Assembly (NCBI GenBank): GCA_963693365.1
Contig: CAVNZM010000005.1
Coordinates: 12,733,728 to 12,797,727, forward strand
DNA length: 64,000 bases
Direction of reading: 5' to 3'
Source: Amoebidium appalachense
Lineage: Eukaryota > Protista > Ichthyosporea
The first letter of the stretch is position 1. Every line of letters begins with the position of its first letter. This document shows, piece after piece, positions 1 to 25,423 of this stretch. Made by a program: the position numbers and the translations under genes. The notes under the pieces were generated by a model. It ran no database searches. It had not been told where the DNA came from and worked only from the letters and a program-made list of their open reading frames with translations.

Positions 1-51
<51 letters not shown>

Positions 52-122
52 CACTTCTCTCTCTCTCGCTCTCGCTCTCTCTCTCCCCCTCACACACACA
101 CTTCTCTTTCTCCCTCTTTCTC

Positions 123-173
<51 letters not shown>

Positions 174-680
174 TCTTCCTTCCCCGCTTCCTTCGATCCC
201 TTGTTCTTTTTAATCTCCCTCCGTCCCTTTTCCCTCCCACCTTCCCTCCCTCCCTTCCTCCCTCCCTCCCTCCCCCGCCTCCCTCCCTTCCTCTCTCCCT
301 CCCTCCCACATCCCCTCCCTGCCTCCCCTCCCTCTCGCTCTCCCCAAATCTCTGTCCCCCCCCCCCCCCCCCCTCTCCCCCTCCCCCCCCCCCCCCCCCG
401 GCGCCCGTTCTCCTAACCCCCCCCCCCCCCCCCGGTCGCTCACTCCTCTCCGCACCCTCTCTCTCTCCAGACCCCCCCCCACACACACACACACTCTTGC
501 TCCCCCCCCCCCCCCCCCCCCCATAAAAAAAAAACAAAAAAAAAAACCGGTCTCTAAACACAGTCTCTCTTATCTCTCCCTTTTCCCTTTCCTGCTAATC
601 CCCCCCCCCCCCCCCCCCAAAAAAAAAAAAAAAAAAAAAAAAAAATGTTTTTTAAAAAAAAAAAACAAAAAAAAAAAAAC
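1..680. repeat. (CT)n / poly-C / poly-A simple-repeat block
   Basis: Directly visible microsatellites and homopolymers. Confidence 0.95.
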
Positions 681-903
681 ACAACCACCTCACACACCAC
701 ACCCATCCATCCCGGGCCTAGGTATCCATGTTTCTATTTATTCTTCTTTCTTTTTTTTGGCCCCCTGGTAAGGTTTGGCATCTTACGGGGCAGCCATTTG
801 AACTCTTTCTTGTAGTCTCTAAATTCCTCCTTCTTACCTCAATTCACATCCCTGTTCCCAAGAAGCCACCCTCCCCCCATACACACACACACACACACAC
901 ACA

Positions 904-955
<52 letters not shown>

Positions 956-1120
956 GTTCACTTCTACCCTTTTCCATCTCTTCCGTCATTTCCCAACGTC
1001 TCGAAGCCCAGAGTAGTGCTGCCTTTGTTGTGGTTAGTCTTCGTGTGTTGCGGCGTGGTTGCCTACTTTGTACATATCAACTCTGCCTTATGGACTCTGA
1101 CCTCTCCCCCCCCCCCCCAG

Positions 1121-12330
<11,210 letters not shown>

Positions 12331-14129
12331 CTTCTCTCAAAATGCCCCCTCCCACCTCCCGCCACCCACCAACCACCCCACCTCGATTTGGGTGCATTCG
12401 AGTTGGATGTTGGGGAGGGATTGGGGGGAGAGGATATGCTAAATCTTAACCTCGGGCCGGAATTTAATTTGGTGAATGCAGAGGGGGAGGGGCATGGTGG
12501 GGGGGTAAAGAGACAGGCGAGCGAGGGGGCGAAGGGGGGGGGAGGAGGAGCACAAAAGAATGCGCGCGGAATGATTGGGGGGGGGTGGGGTGGGGGGGGG
12601 GGGATTTGAGTGGTGTTTGGCCTGTCGAGTGTGGAGAAGCAAATTGCACACAGGCACAGACATGGATGCTCGAAAGATGACATGTTTGAACATAGCGAGT
12701 AGCTACAGTAGTGGGGTGTTTCGAAGGACAATATTGATTAATGTGTGTACGTATGAATGTCTATGGATGAATGCAATTACGAATGACGTAAGGGGCACCC
12801 GGCTGCCGCCGCAATATGAGCAAGAACGTTCACATGTATATGTGCATACAACGAATCCACAATTAATGCACGCATGCACATACATTGGGTGCGGGCATTG
12901 TCGCTTAAGACTTGTGCCCATTCACGCGCACACCCATATTTGCAGATAGTATTTTGCAAACATGTGACATCGTGTGTACTTTTGTACCTTGGTTGTGGGC
13001 CCCGCGGATGTACGTGTACAGTAAATCATGTACTTAAATTAAACCTGCAGCCGTGACCCTCGAACTCGAATGCGCACAACACGTACGTCTACGGGACACG
13101 TGTTCAAACAAAATTTTAACATGCAGGCTACATTTGGTACCCGTATATAGACCACTAAGCACGCCATAGTGTTGCACGTTGATTATTTATTTACTGCCGT
13201 GCAGGCCTAATATGTGGAAGTAAAGCATACACATTTTTCCATATATACATTATCCATTTACGTAAAAGCGCACAGTCACATACTAGGAAATCCAGAATGG
13301 CACTTTGCCACATTTTGAAAGTTGCACGCATACATACCTGGCGTATGTATACACGCACTCAAACTAGACATAAGGACAGCAGACGCAAAAACCCCTTGTT
13401 CAGCCTTCATCTGGCTTCTCGTGAGTTCTCTGCTACATGCACATTTCTCCACGGGGCCTCGCCCCTCTCTTGCTTCGGGCTTACACACATGTATGATCAT
13501 TCAAGCCAGCAACAACGTGTTACGGATACTATCGTCACTTTCACACACGGTGTCAAATCAGGGTCACCGTGATACACACAAAGCGCAGACACAAAGTTCT
13601 ATGCGCTATGAAGTTTCCTTCAAATTTTAAAGAACCTAATAGTTTCCTTCAAACTCTCAAAAACCTAATACCACTCAAAAACCTTTTACAGGGAACGAAC
13701 CTGCATGCACGAGAAGTTAGTGCTTGTTGTGTGTGTAGGTAGACGTGTCACTGACGAGGAAGGAGGGGGCCGGGGGAAGAAGGGAGGGGGGGATTAGAAT
13801 GTAGCATGTATCCCGGACTACGAAGTAAACATTCACGACGGGCAACACAAACACATGAATCTTCAGTATGTGGAGCCAAAGAGCTAGCTATAGAGCGCTC
13901 GCTGTGGTGCAATAATTGAAATTTATGATCAGATAGTCACCACGAATCTACAGCATGAAATGGAAGTGTGTGACTGGGGGGGTTGAATGCAAAGTCGCAG
14001 TACAGATACACAATGCACAAAATGCAAACTGCGCACCACACAAAGTATGCGTAATGAGAACTCGGGAGGGGGCAGCACATGAGCCCTTGGTGTCAAGTTT
14101 CATAAGGACCATTTTATTGTGTTGCACGA

Positions 14130-15893
14130 CCCTGCACATACCTGCAAACAGAAAGTACCGTGTTAGTCACCACCCACACAGTGGGATGTATCTACGCCCA
14201 ACAACTACACAGGTGCTCAGACATCCAAGGAAGGTCGTTCGCCAGCATCGGCCGAAGCCTATAGTGGAAACTGCGAATATGGTGTTTTATCATCAGAGCA
14301 CCAACTATATCTACAAGCACAACCAGCGCCTTACAAACAAACCGATTACAAGTCTCCACAAATGGTATCTTGACGAGTCGCAGAAGGCCACAACGGAAAG
14401 GGGTCGCTGAACTGAAGAAACCTTCTCAACATACCTGTTGGGTGTAATAGAAGAGTGTTAAAGAAGAAGATATTGCAGAAAGACACTCAAAGATATGAAG
14501 GGTGCTCAGACATCCAAGGAAGGTCGTTCGCCAGCATCGGCCGAGGCCTATAGTGGAAACTGCGAATATGGTGTTTTATCATCAGAGCAACCCAATCAAG
14601 AGTACTAACGGGAAAATCATCCACCAGAGAAAGTAGATAGGAAAAAGGGGGAAGCGTACGAGCAGAAGCGGAAAACTGGCTGCAAGGGGGAGAATAAGGT
14701 GGAGGGACGGGAAGGGATCATGCTACTTGCCTATTCAGGAAGCCTCAACCCGATGCCGTCAGCAGAGATAGCCACGTCGTTACCTGGGCAGAGAAAACCG
14801 GTGTAAGTGAAGGGGAAAAGGAAGAACTTTTTACATCAAGTACACGTGTGTTGGTCAGGAAATTGGCTTGTAAAAACAAGTAGTATCATCATAGTCGTAA
14901 GACGGGGAAAGAACTGTCATCAACCCAACACTACAGAAATTTGCTACCATCACGCCTCACACACGCACTTACCACGAGAATAGCGGTCCACAGGATCCAG
15001 TCCAGTCTCACCCAAGCTACACCATCTGCATAAAGAGATTCTGGTCAGAAACATGGTAACGAAAACCAGGTTGGGAGTGAGGAGGTAGTAGGAGCGGTCG
15101 GTTCTTTGGCTTGTAAAAACAAGTAGTATCATCATAGTCGTAAGACGGGGAAAGAACTGTCGTCGTTCCGCTCTACTCACCTACTGAACAAAGCTATCAA
15201 ACAGGCCTCTGAACAGGCATGCAAAGAGGCAAAGCAGCAGGGATGTGTTCCATAACAGAGAGATACGACAAATATCGACTAAACTTAACACAGTAGTAGC
15301 AAATATGGTCAGGGCTGTCTGTTTCAATACTAAGGGCCGTCGCACAGAAAGCGCAAGCCCAACTCTCAGAAACAAAACGACACGCTCACCAACGTCTCAA
15401 AACGAGCCGCCAGCAAGCCCCTCGCAATTTGCTCTGTCACAACTGTAACGCCGAACGGCCACTTAATCCAGCCGTTTTGCTGACTAGGTTGTGACTAGCT
15501 ACAGACAAAAAGGAAAGAAACTAAAAAGCTGGCTAGAGCAGTGACATTACAAAAGTCATTAGAAACGGAGACGAGGATCGTCAAGTGGTGGGGAGAGGTT
15601 GCACACCTTAGTAAAGCCCGAAGTTGCGGTACTCACGCACTACCATCGTACACTGCAAGGAAAACAACAAGTCAACAAAAGGGAGAGAGAACGCAGTGAC
15701 GTGTGTGCGCTCAGAAGGGTGTGTCTGAGTGTGTTTGGTCTCATAGACGAATCTCGAGGAGTTTAAGACATGAAAATAGACTCTTCATCCACAGCGCGCT
15801 ACACTTTTAGGAAACACACCAACGAAAAAACACGGTATACACAGTTTACATGGGTACCCTTCCAGTAAACGCTCACACGTAAACATCGTTACA
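14130..15893 (-). mobile_element. Decayed LTR-element remnant: putative LTR 15444-15893 plus rearranged internal sequence
   Basis: 450-bp segment bounded by perfect inverted TGTAACG...CGTTACA, followed on the minus strand by TTGTGACAGAGC (9/12 match to the tRNA-Met PBS TGGTATCAGAGC). No second LTR or gag/pol motif seen. Confidence 0.4.
14212..15161. repeat. Two dispersed direct repeats: 89 bp (14212-14300 / 14501-14589) and 56 bp (14863-14918 / 15106-15161)
   Basis: Near-identical copies read directly from the sequence. Confidence 0.9.
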
Positions 15894-16937
15894 GGAACAC
15901 GACCACCTAACACATGAGGGAATGGGTACATAATCCCACCATGAATCCCGAAAAAAGTGAAGAGAAAGGGCCAAAATGCGGCTTTTTATACTTGTCGGGA
16001 CACCGCCTAACATGTGCGAATGGCGCGAATATTCGCGAACGGTTTTGGCGCGAAAAAGATGGCCCGGGTACCATATCAGGAGCGGGCAATTTTTGAATTC
16101 TCCCTCCCCGGCCCCGCCGGGGAAAATTTGAGGTTTTTGGACCTCAAAGAAGTCAAATCCTGCAAAATCCACTACCGGGAGGCCAAAAAGGGTGATTTTA
16201 CAAAAAAGGAGGGACATACATGAAAAAGAGAAAATGGGCGAGTTCAGTGGGCTGCCGATAAGTATATTTCGTGCTGGGCCGGTATACATGCTGCCGTGGT
16301 TGTTGCTGTAGACGGCAGTATGGCATCGCATGTGTCACGTGACCTGCACGTGAATGCGACCATGTGCAGGCACTGAGTCTAGGGGGATTTGTATGTGTGT
16401 TTTGGAGCACCGACAAGGCAGAGCCAGGGTGAGGGATGTGTAAACATGGAGTTTAGGGAGATCGTGCTGCTATTGTAACATGTGCACAAAACAGCCACGT
16501 GCACCGGCACACTCCGGTGTACAGAACAATAATATGCACATGCGTCACTGTAATATCATGTATGCGCATGCCGCACAAGGTTTAGGAGACCACCACAGTA
16601 TATACTATTTTCTTTTGGTTGATATCCATGTAGGAATGGTGTGTTGCAGTTGTCATGATCAGCCTGAGGCAGGCACGTGCACTCACTGAATCACTAGAAC
16701 TCATGAATAAAAAATACATTCGCTAAAAACGGCAAGGTAAATTTGGGGCCAAGCTATTATTTCCCCCTTTTAAACGTTTTTTTAGCTCCAAGAACTTCGA
16801 CGCCAAAATTTCTATATTTGGCCATCGTATATGATAATGAACACGTGTACTTAAATTAAAGTAGTTATATAAATATGAGCGGCCCGTTACAAATACAGTG
16901 ACGAAAAACAGTGACCCACGAGCAGTTTTTCTTTCTA

Positions 16938-16995
<58 letters not shown>

Positions 16996-18342
16996 ACACA
17001 CACACACCAGACACACACACCACCACCACGGTGACCACCACCACCACCACCACCACCACTCACCCCTTAAAAAAACCACACACATACGTGCACGTGTACA
17101 CACACACACAGAACACCACCACCACCTCCACTGGACCCCATTTCCTCGTTGTTTTCTTAAGCCTTCAGACCAGTCCTGCACACTGGAGTTAAACAATTGA
17201 ATTCACCTAGGCTGACATGCATCCACCCCCGCCTTCCACTTCCCCTCCCCCCCCCACCCCCACCCCCCCACCCCCCCACCCCCACCCCCTCCCCCTCGAT
17301 GAAGAAGGGCCCCCGTAAGCCTTGGGGGGGGGGGGGGGGGAGGGGGGGGGGAGGGGGAAGGGGGGGGGGGAGCTCTTGAGCCTCCGGGTAGGGAAGTGGG
17401 GTCCGGGGATCCGGAGAGGAGGGGGGGGGGGGGGGGGGGGGGGGGAAGGGGGCATATAATATTGGGCCTAGATATCATAGTATGGGGCCCCGGGGGAGGG
17501 AGAGGTGGGGGGGGGAGGGGGGAGGATCCACGGGAAAGACCTTTAGGTGCATGTTCTTATTTATACCCCCTTCGAATCATCCCCCCTCTCCCCCCCCTCC
17601 CCCCCCCCTGAGTGCAGGCCGTGACGTAGCTACGATAACCCTGCAGAAGGCAACAAAAATGTATTAATTACTAGCACTATACATGTGTTCATAGTGCAGC
17701 TTGCACCACGTATGATCTCAGCAACTTTAAAGTAGTCACAAAGTTTAGTTATTTTCATTATTTTCATTGCTCTGAACTCTATTACTCTGAAATGATCACC
17801 GTGCATGTGCCGCAAGATAACAACCCTATATGTGTGCAGCTGCTGCCTGCAGGTTAGACTCGCTGAAAAGACAATTGTCAGTGTGCATCCGACGCTTGCA
17901 GCTGCAGCTAGCCTCTGCAACATTAATACTTGCCAAGTGAATGCTCTTACACTTGATCATCATTCACTCAAAAAACCGAGGACCGACAGATTAAATATTA
18001 ATGTCGATCCGAATGATCAGCAAGTGTCTATGCGTACTACTATATATACACACACGTAAAATGCGAAGCTATCAGTTACAAGGCACACCTGCTGCACTGG
18101 CACACATACACATACACACCGGCAGATCGATGCTGTCAAAATTTACTTTCATGTACTTCGTAGGTCCGACACAGGTGCACATGAACACGTACATATGTAC
18201 AAGCCGCGCACACACCACACCACACATACACACACACACACACACACTCACACACACACACGCACACACGCACACACGCACACACACACACACGCACGCA
18301 CGCACGCACACACACACACACACGCACGCACGCACGCGCGCG

Positions 18343-18424
<82 letters not shown>

Positions 18425-18750
18425 GACACACACACACACACACACATCACTGGGTGCGCTCGCTGGGGATTAGTTTTTTGGCACGCTGTTGACTTTATCG
18501 TGTGTTTATTATTTGCTATTTATTGGCCAGCGGCCAACATTTAAAAATATACTATATACCTAAAAATAGATACTGACTACGGCCAGCAGACATTATACAC
18601 CTTCCAGGACACATTAACACCAATAGTCTAACACACCATACTCTCGATCACAAAGAATTCCTAACAAACAGAGAAAAGTGCAAAGGCTCTGTACTATTAC
18701 TCAGATTCTAAATTTTAATTCTTTACAGTAAACTTCGGAATGAAAGCTAG

Positions 18751-18818
<68 letters not shown>

Positions 18819-18897
18819 CATGACTGTACGAAGAACAGGTATAACTTGAAGCACTACAACACATATGAGATCCGTTACATTGGTGTACATTCCAATA

Positions 18898-20546
18898 TTA
18901 GACACTAGTTTGGCTACTCTGACTACTCTGAGATCCTGATTGGCTGCCTGCAGACTTGCGGCCACGATTACTTTGCTTTCGATCGTGCCATTGCAGCTGC
19001 GTCTCTCCAGCAGGTGGCAACGCCAGGCCCAGCACAGCAGATGCACGAGAAGGGGGTGGGAACTGCCCACCAGCCGAGGGCTGGCCCACATGGCCCAAGT
19101 AAGGATGGGGACCGTGCTGCGGCAGTAGCCCAGGCATGGGGAAGGCAGGGCCGGGCTGAGGCGGCATGATGCCCCACGGTGGGGGCCAGCCATGTGGGTG
19201 GTGCGGGCCTGGATGGGGTGCAGGGGGCATGTGCGGCACATGGCCCTGCTGCATGTCAAGCGCGGGTGCTGGTGGCATGGCATCCTGATTGGCTGCAACC
19301 CAACGTGGGCAGCTCTTGGCCCGATTGGAGCCGGGGCAGCCCTTGCCCTGGCGGCCACACGTCTTGCAGGTCTTGGGGGCTCTCTGGGGTGGCTGCATAG
19401 GAGGGGGCACCGGCAAATCCATCTGCAGGGGCCCCTCAGGGCCAATGTTGCGATGCTTTTTGCCCACTAGCATGGGCAAGGGCCGCTCACGCTGCGCCCC
19501 TGCATCGACACCGTCTGGAACAGGGAGGGGTGGCAAGGGGGCAGGCCGTATGGTTGCTGGCACAGCGTCTGCCCTCTCCTCGCGCATACGCTTGCGGTGA
19601 TCTGCCAGGCCCTCGTGTGTGGAGCGCTGTGCATGTGCCGTCTGCCAGGTCTTCCACTTGTCGAAATGCTTCTTGATGTAGGCCGCATCCTTCATGTAGA
19701 TTCCCCCAGCCACAGAGGCAGCCTTGTTGAAGTCTTGGGCCAAAGCCTCGAACAGCTGGCCGTTGGGCTTTGCATGTGCCTTGTAGGTGCCCAGGAGCAG
19801 CGTGCTGAATAGCTTGCGCTCCTGAGGGGTAAGCACCGGAAGGAAGGGGATGGCCACATGTTGCTTCTGCGCCAGGAACTTGTAGTCGCCCCTCAGTGCA
19901 GGGTCCGGCTGTGGTGCACCACGCGCCACCTGGTTGCCCCCCCCCATGGCAGCACCGTCACCCTCCTCGACCTCACAGTCCTCTGGCCCGCCCATCACGC
20001 CATTGGCTGCAGGCTCGATGTTATCAGACGGAGGTGGGGGTGCGGGCACCGCAACTGGCTCCTGCGCCGGGGCATTGGCCACACAGGAGAGCGGGGCAAA
20101 GTTGAAGTACTCCTCCGGTAGCTTGTAGCAGCCTACGGGTACCCACTGGGGGTCGAGGTGATGGCCGTACAGCATCAGCGCCAGTGCCTCCATGTCGTCA
20201 ACAATCCAGGGGCTGTAGTGGGGGGGCCCCGATGCCTGGCCCAGGCGGTTGCGGTAGTGTGCACGCAGGTTGTGGCGGTGGCGCCTATTGGACATGGTGG
20301 CGTCCAGCAGGCGCAGCGACATGCGTGTGGCCCCAAAGTGGGTGGCCAGGGGGTTGTGCACTGCCCCCTCCACCTCGTTGGTGCCCCGGATGCAGCGGTA
20401 GCGCATGAGCCCATCTGCGTCGGCAGTGGTCTCGTAGTAGAGGGGCAGGCCGGGGGGGTCCGACAGACAGCCATTTTGGGCGTGTTCGAGCAGCGACTGT
20501 GGGGGCACAAGCAAACATCAGAGAGATGGGTGGGTGGTGGTGGTGG

Positions 20547-20593
<47 letters not shown>

Positions 20594-20678
20594 GGGGGGG
20601 GGGGGATGGGGTTGCTAAGGAAAAAAACGAGCAGGGAAAGGCAAAAAACAACTGGCTAGGCAGCAAGGGCCGTGCGGG

Positions 20679-20750
<72 letters not shown>

Positions 20751-21327
20751 ATGTTTGGGGGGGGAGGGGGGGGGGGGGGGGGGGGGAGGCTAGGGTGTGC
20801 GTGTGTGTGCAGATGAACCAAGGATGACAAATAAGCGAAGAATCTTTTCTGTGGTGGTGGAGTTGTTGGGCGCCTGCAGGGGGGGGGGGGGGGGGGGGGG
20901 GGATGTTGCCTCGAGTCTTTCAAAGCCATCCTTCTTGAACAGAGGCTTGCCATCCGGTCCGGGCGGCACATCCTTGTAGGTGTTTTTGAACTCCACCAGC
21001 CGCGAGACCAGCGTGTATGGGTCGGGAATAACCCGCCGGATGCGCTCCATGAAGTAGCTCAGGTCGCCGCCCTTGAGCTCGGTTTCAATGTCGATGCCCT
21101 TCTGCTCCAGCACCCCCTGTGAGGCAGGATGCCAATATTAATTTACTACGCACACTGCAATTTGGGTTTGGTAGACTTTGATACCTGCCGTTATTGTAGG
21201 ACCCCTCCCCTCCACCCCCCCCATCTTCTCCCCCAACACAAGTAAAAAATGCATGTGGCTCTTTCCCCCCACAACCCTACATTATTTCTCTCTAGGCATA
21301 TGAATAACCCCCACTCTCCTCCCCCCC

Positions 21328-21403
<76 letters not shown>

Positions 21404-22447
21404 TTGCCCCCCCTCTCTCTGAGGCTCAGGCTCTCTCTCTTCCCTCAGAAGTTTTGTCGAAGGTGTGCATGGTTGTGGGTGGAATGGTGAGTGTGTGCTA
21501 ACGAGTGTATGTGTGTGTGCGCGTCAGTCACGCATGTTGTTGTTGCCGTTTTTTTTATTTTTATTTTTTATTTTTTATTTTGGGGGGGGGGGAGGGGGGG
21601 AGGGGGGCACCTTCACATGTCCGTAATCCTCTTCATTCCACACAAATATTGCCTCGCTGAGTGCGCGTGCGTACTCAGCCCTGCGGGGGTGTGACTTGTA
21701 CGTGCCGTCCGCCGTGTTTGCAATGGAGTGGAAGGCGTCATTCAGCACAGTCTGCCACACCACCTCCCCAGGCGGTGCCTGGCCCAACATGCCCTCTCTG
21801 GGAGCTGCCTCGGGTCCCCCTGGGGCTGCCTCAAGGCCCCCCGGGGCTGCCTGGGGGTCCTGGGGGGGTGCCTGTGGGCCGGCAAGGGGTTGCTGCTGCT
21901 CGGCAGGGGGAGGACTGGCAGGGGGAGGGGCTGGGTCAGGGACCACCGGCACCTCGGCACCTGGGTCCGGTGGGGGCTGAATGGGCCGTAGCCACTGCAG
22001 GTGCACCATCAGCTCAAAGGGCGGCGGGCCCAGCTCTCCCAGGGTCTTGCCCTTGTCGGGGCCAAAGGGCACCTGCATGGCCGGCGACAGCACCTGATCC
22101 ACCCGCACCACTGCATGCTTCTTGCCCACCTTCATGCCCCCCCAGCGCTCCGGCTGCACAGCCAGCACCACCCCGGTGGCTGCTGCAGCATGTGGGCCCC
22201 GCCGGGGCACAATCTCAACCCCTTCACCGAGTGCCTTTGCATGAAGCCGCGCTGCATGTCATAGAGGGAAGCAAAAAACTCAGCCAAAAAGCCACAGCAC
22301 CAACGTTTTTCTCTTCGCTCCACAAAAATCAAATGCATATTCCTTAGCAACCCCCTTCCCCCCCCCCCCCCCCCCCCCTTCTCCCTCCCCCCCCCCTCTC
22401 CCAGTGCCCAGCTTGTGTGGCACTTGCACGTGTTAACAGTGCTATAG

Positions 22448-22478
<31 letters not shown>

Positions 22479-23938
22479 ACCACCACCACCACCACCACCA
22501 ATCACCCCCTCCTTTGATAGCCACCCGACACCCAGCATAACACAACTGGAACACTGGCCCATGTGGTCAGCCACCTCCCCCCCCCCCCCCCCCCCTCCTC
22601 CCCCTCCCCCTCTCCTCTGGGGGGCCCACAATCTTTCTATATCTGGCATAAGCACATAAGCACTGGGGCAAAAAGCAGGTGGGATACACACCTGACAGGT
22701 TTGGCCTATCGACCACGGCCGAGTAGACCTGCAGGGACGCATATGCATCAAGGGCAGCGTAGGTGGCCTGCACCTCTGATAGCGGCTCGTGCCAGTTGGA
22801 GCATCGAACAAGTGCCGGCTTGGGCAGCTTCTTGCCTATGACCTGGGCAGTGATGTCGGCCAAGCCCCGGGCCGCAGAGGTGATAGCTGCACGGGCATAG
22901 CAGAACCGGCCCAGCTCCAGATAGCTGGCCACAGGGGTGCCGTAGTCCTTGTTGAGGTGGGCCGAGTCCGTGCCGATCTGCTTGCCCACCTTGATGATGC
23001 TGGGGTCCCTAAGCAGCGCAATCAGCTCGTCCACCAGCCGCGCGGGCGGGCTGTGGTTGGGGCCCATGCGTGCCAAGTGGAAGATGTACACGGCCCGTGC
23101 GGTGGCAATCTGCAGCGTGCAAACCTTGGACCGCGCCTGGCCCACCCGATAGACCCACTCGCAGTCCAGCCCCACCACGCGGTGCTGCTGCCCCTCCAGG
23201 TCGGCACGAATGGCCGCTGTAGCCACCACCGCCCCCTGGCAGTCGGTGTACACCGGCTTAGGGTAGTTGGCCGGCAGCTCCAGCCCAGGCAGACCGTCCG
23301 TCACGCTTACCAGCGCAGCCTCGTTCAGACGGACGGGGCATTTTGGCCGGGCTAGGGTTGGAAACATGCGCTCAACAAACGCCCGGTCTTGGCAGCACCG
23401 ATCTGTGTAGAAGAAGGCCGGGCCCTTGCTGTTGAGCGCCGCCGTGGTGGCAGAGATGCGCTGGATCACGGGCTCAATCTCCTGGTGGCTGCAGTCCCGT
23501 GTAAATACCTGCGCCCGGATCTCTGGGGTGCCGCACTGTGTGAGAGGGCATCTCCGAGCAGCCATGCATGTTCTAGCTTCCCTTACCACATGGCCCTTCA
23601 CGAGACTTCAGTGCCCACACAATCCTTTCCCCCTCCCTCCCCCCAAACCCATGTGCCCACATACTTTCCCCTCCCTCTCCCCCAAAACCCTTCCCCCTCC
23701 TTCCCCCCAAACCCATGTGCCCACATACTTTCCCCAGGCCTCCCTTTCCCCCAAAATCTTCCCCCCCCCCTCCCCCCTAAACCCATGTACCTACAATCCT
23801 TCCCCCTTCCTCCCCCTAAACCCTTGTGATCACAATCCTTTCCCCCTCTCTGCCTTCCCCCCAAACCCATGTGCCCACGATCCTTCCCCACTCCCCCTCC
23901 CCCCAAACCATGGGACAGCCCTCCATATGGCACCTACT

Positions 23939-23972
<34 letters not shown>

Positions 23973-24119
23973 ACCCCGGGCCTCTTGCCCTCTCTACCTT
24001 CAACCCCGACGGTGGTGTCTCCCCCCCCCCCCCCCCCCCCCCCCCCCTGCATCCCTTGCAATCACTGGCCCCTACTCCCATTCTGCTTGGCAGAAGCTTG
24101 CCCCCCCCCCCCCCCCCCC

Positions 24120-24151
<32 letters not shown>

Positions 24152-24386
24152 ATTCCCCGCCAAAAGAAAGCTCCACCCCAGCCCACCCCAATCTCTACCC
24201 AGCAAAAACACATACACACATATCTGGAGCTTCCTAGTTTTTGCTCGACAGGGCAAGAATTGTCCCCAAAACCCACATACTACAAACCTCTACTCACAGT
24301 GTGCCACCTCATTAAATGTGGAGCCTAAGAGATTTAAAGGCCCTAGAGGGGGGAGGGGGGGGGGAGGGGGGGGAGGGGGGGCGTGT

Positions 24387-24417
<31 letters not shown>

Positions 24418-25075
24418 GTGGGGGGTGTGTGGGGGGGGGGGGAGGGGGGAAGGGGGCCTGGGGGAGAGTGGGGGGAGGGGGGGAGAAGAGGAGGGACCAC
24501 ACACCGCCAAGCTCGTTTACACAAGTCCATAGGCCTCGGTACAGAGGCTCCCCATTGATGCCGGTGAGCTTCCCAATTTGGAAGGTGTGGTCGGCCTTGA
24601 GCACGTTGTTTACGGGCTTGAGCTGCGTGTCCAGGCTCTGGTACTTTGCCGTGCGGTCGCTGAACTCAGTATACACGGCACTCAGGTATTTGCCTGAACC
24701 CCAAGTACTGTTAGAACTCCACCACCCTCCCATCAGGACCATCCCCCCCATTCCCTCTAGTCCCTCGTGTTCATCTCACCTCTCTGTATTTTCGTAAGTC
24801 TGTATGGCTTTTCCCATCTCAAAAACGCTACACACCCATCTCCGGCCGTTTGCCCCCCCCCCCCCCCCTCCCCCCCCCCCCCCCCCCTCCCCCCGCCCTC
24901 CCGGCGCGCGCAAACCCTCCAAGTCATTGCACCAACTTTCACCTTCTTTCCCCTTTGTGCCCCATCTGCAGTTTGTCCCCTGCACGTCCGTTTGCCCTTC
25001 CCCCCACACCCTCCTGCCACTACTATAATAACCATTAAGTACCGCCACCAAGATCCAGTCTACCACCATGTGCCC

Positions 25076-25114
<39 letters not shown>

Positions 25115-25263
25115 CTCTCCACCTCCTTTCCCCCAACACACACAGACACACATGCGCACACCCACCATCTAATTTCAGGCATAACAGTTCTCCACGATTT
25201 CCCAAGCACACTCACTGGTACATGGACCGTTATGCTTTCACCCCTCTGATGATCCCTCTGCCC

Positions 25264-25294
<31 letters not shown>

Positions 25295-25375
25295 ACCACC
25301 ACCACCACCACCACCACCACCATGACTGATTGCCACCACCACCACCTAATCCATCACCATGTCCCCCCTCCCCCC

Positions 25376-25423
<48 letters not shown>

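Noticed and set aside
13800-14208. Second solo LTR (TGTAG...CTACA)
   Set aside because: Only a 5-bp inverted match, no TSD, and no similarity to the LTR candidate at 15444-15893.
15900-16200. Terminal repeat of the exonuclease-transposase element
   Set aside because: No inverted partner found in 26900-30000.
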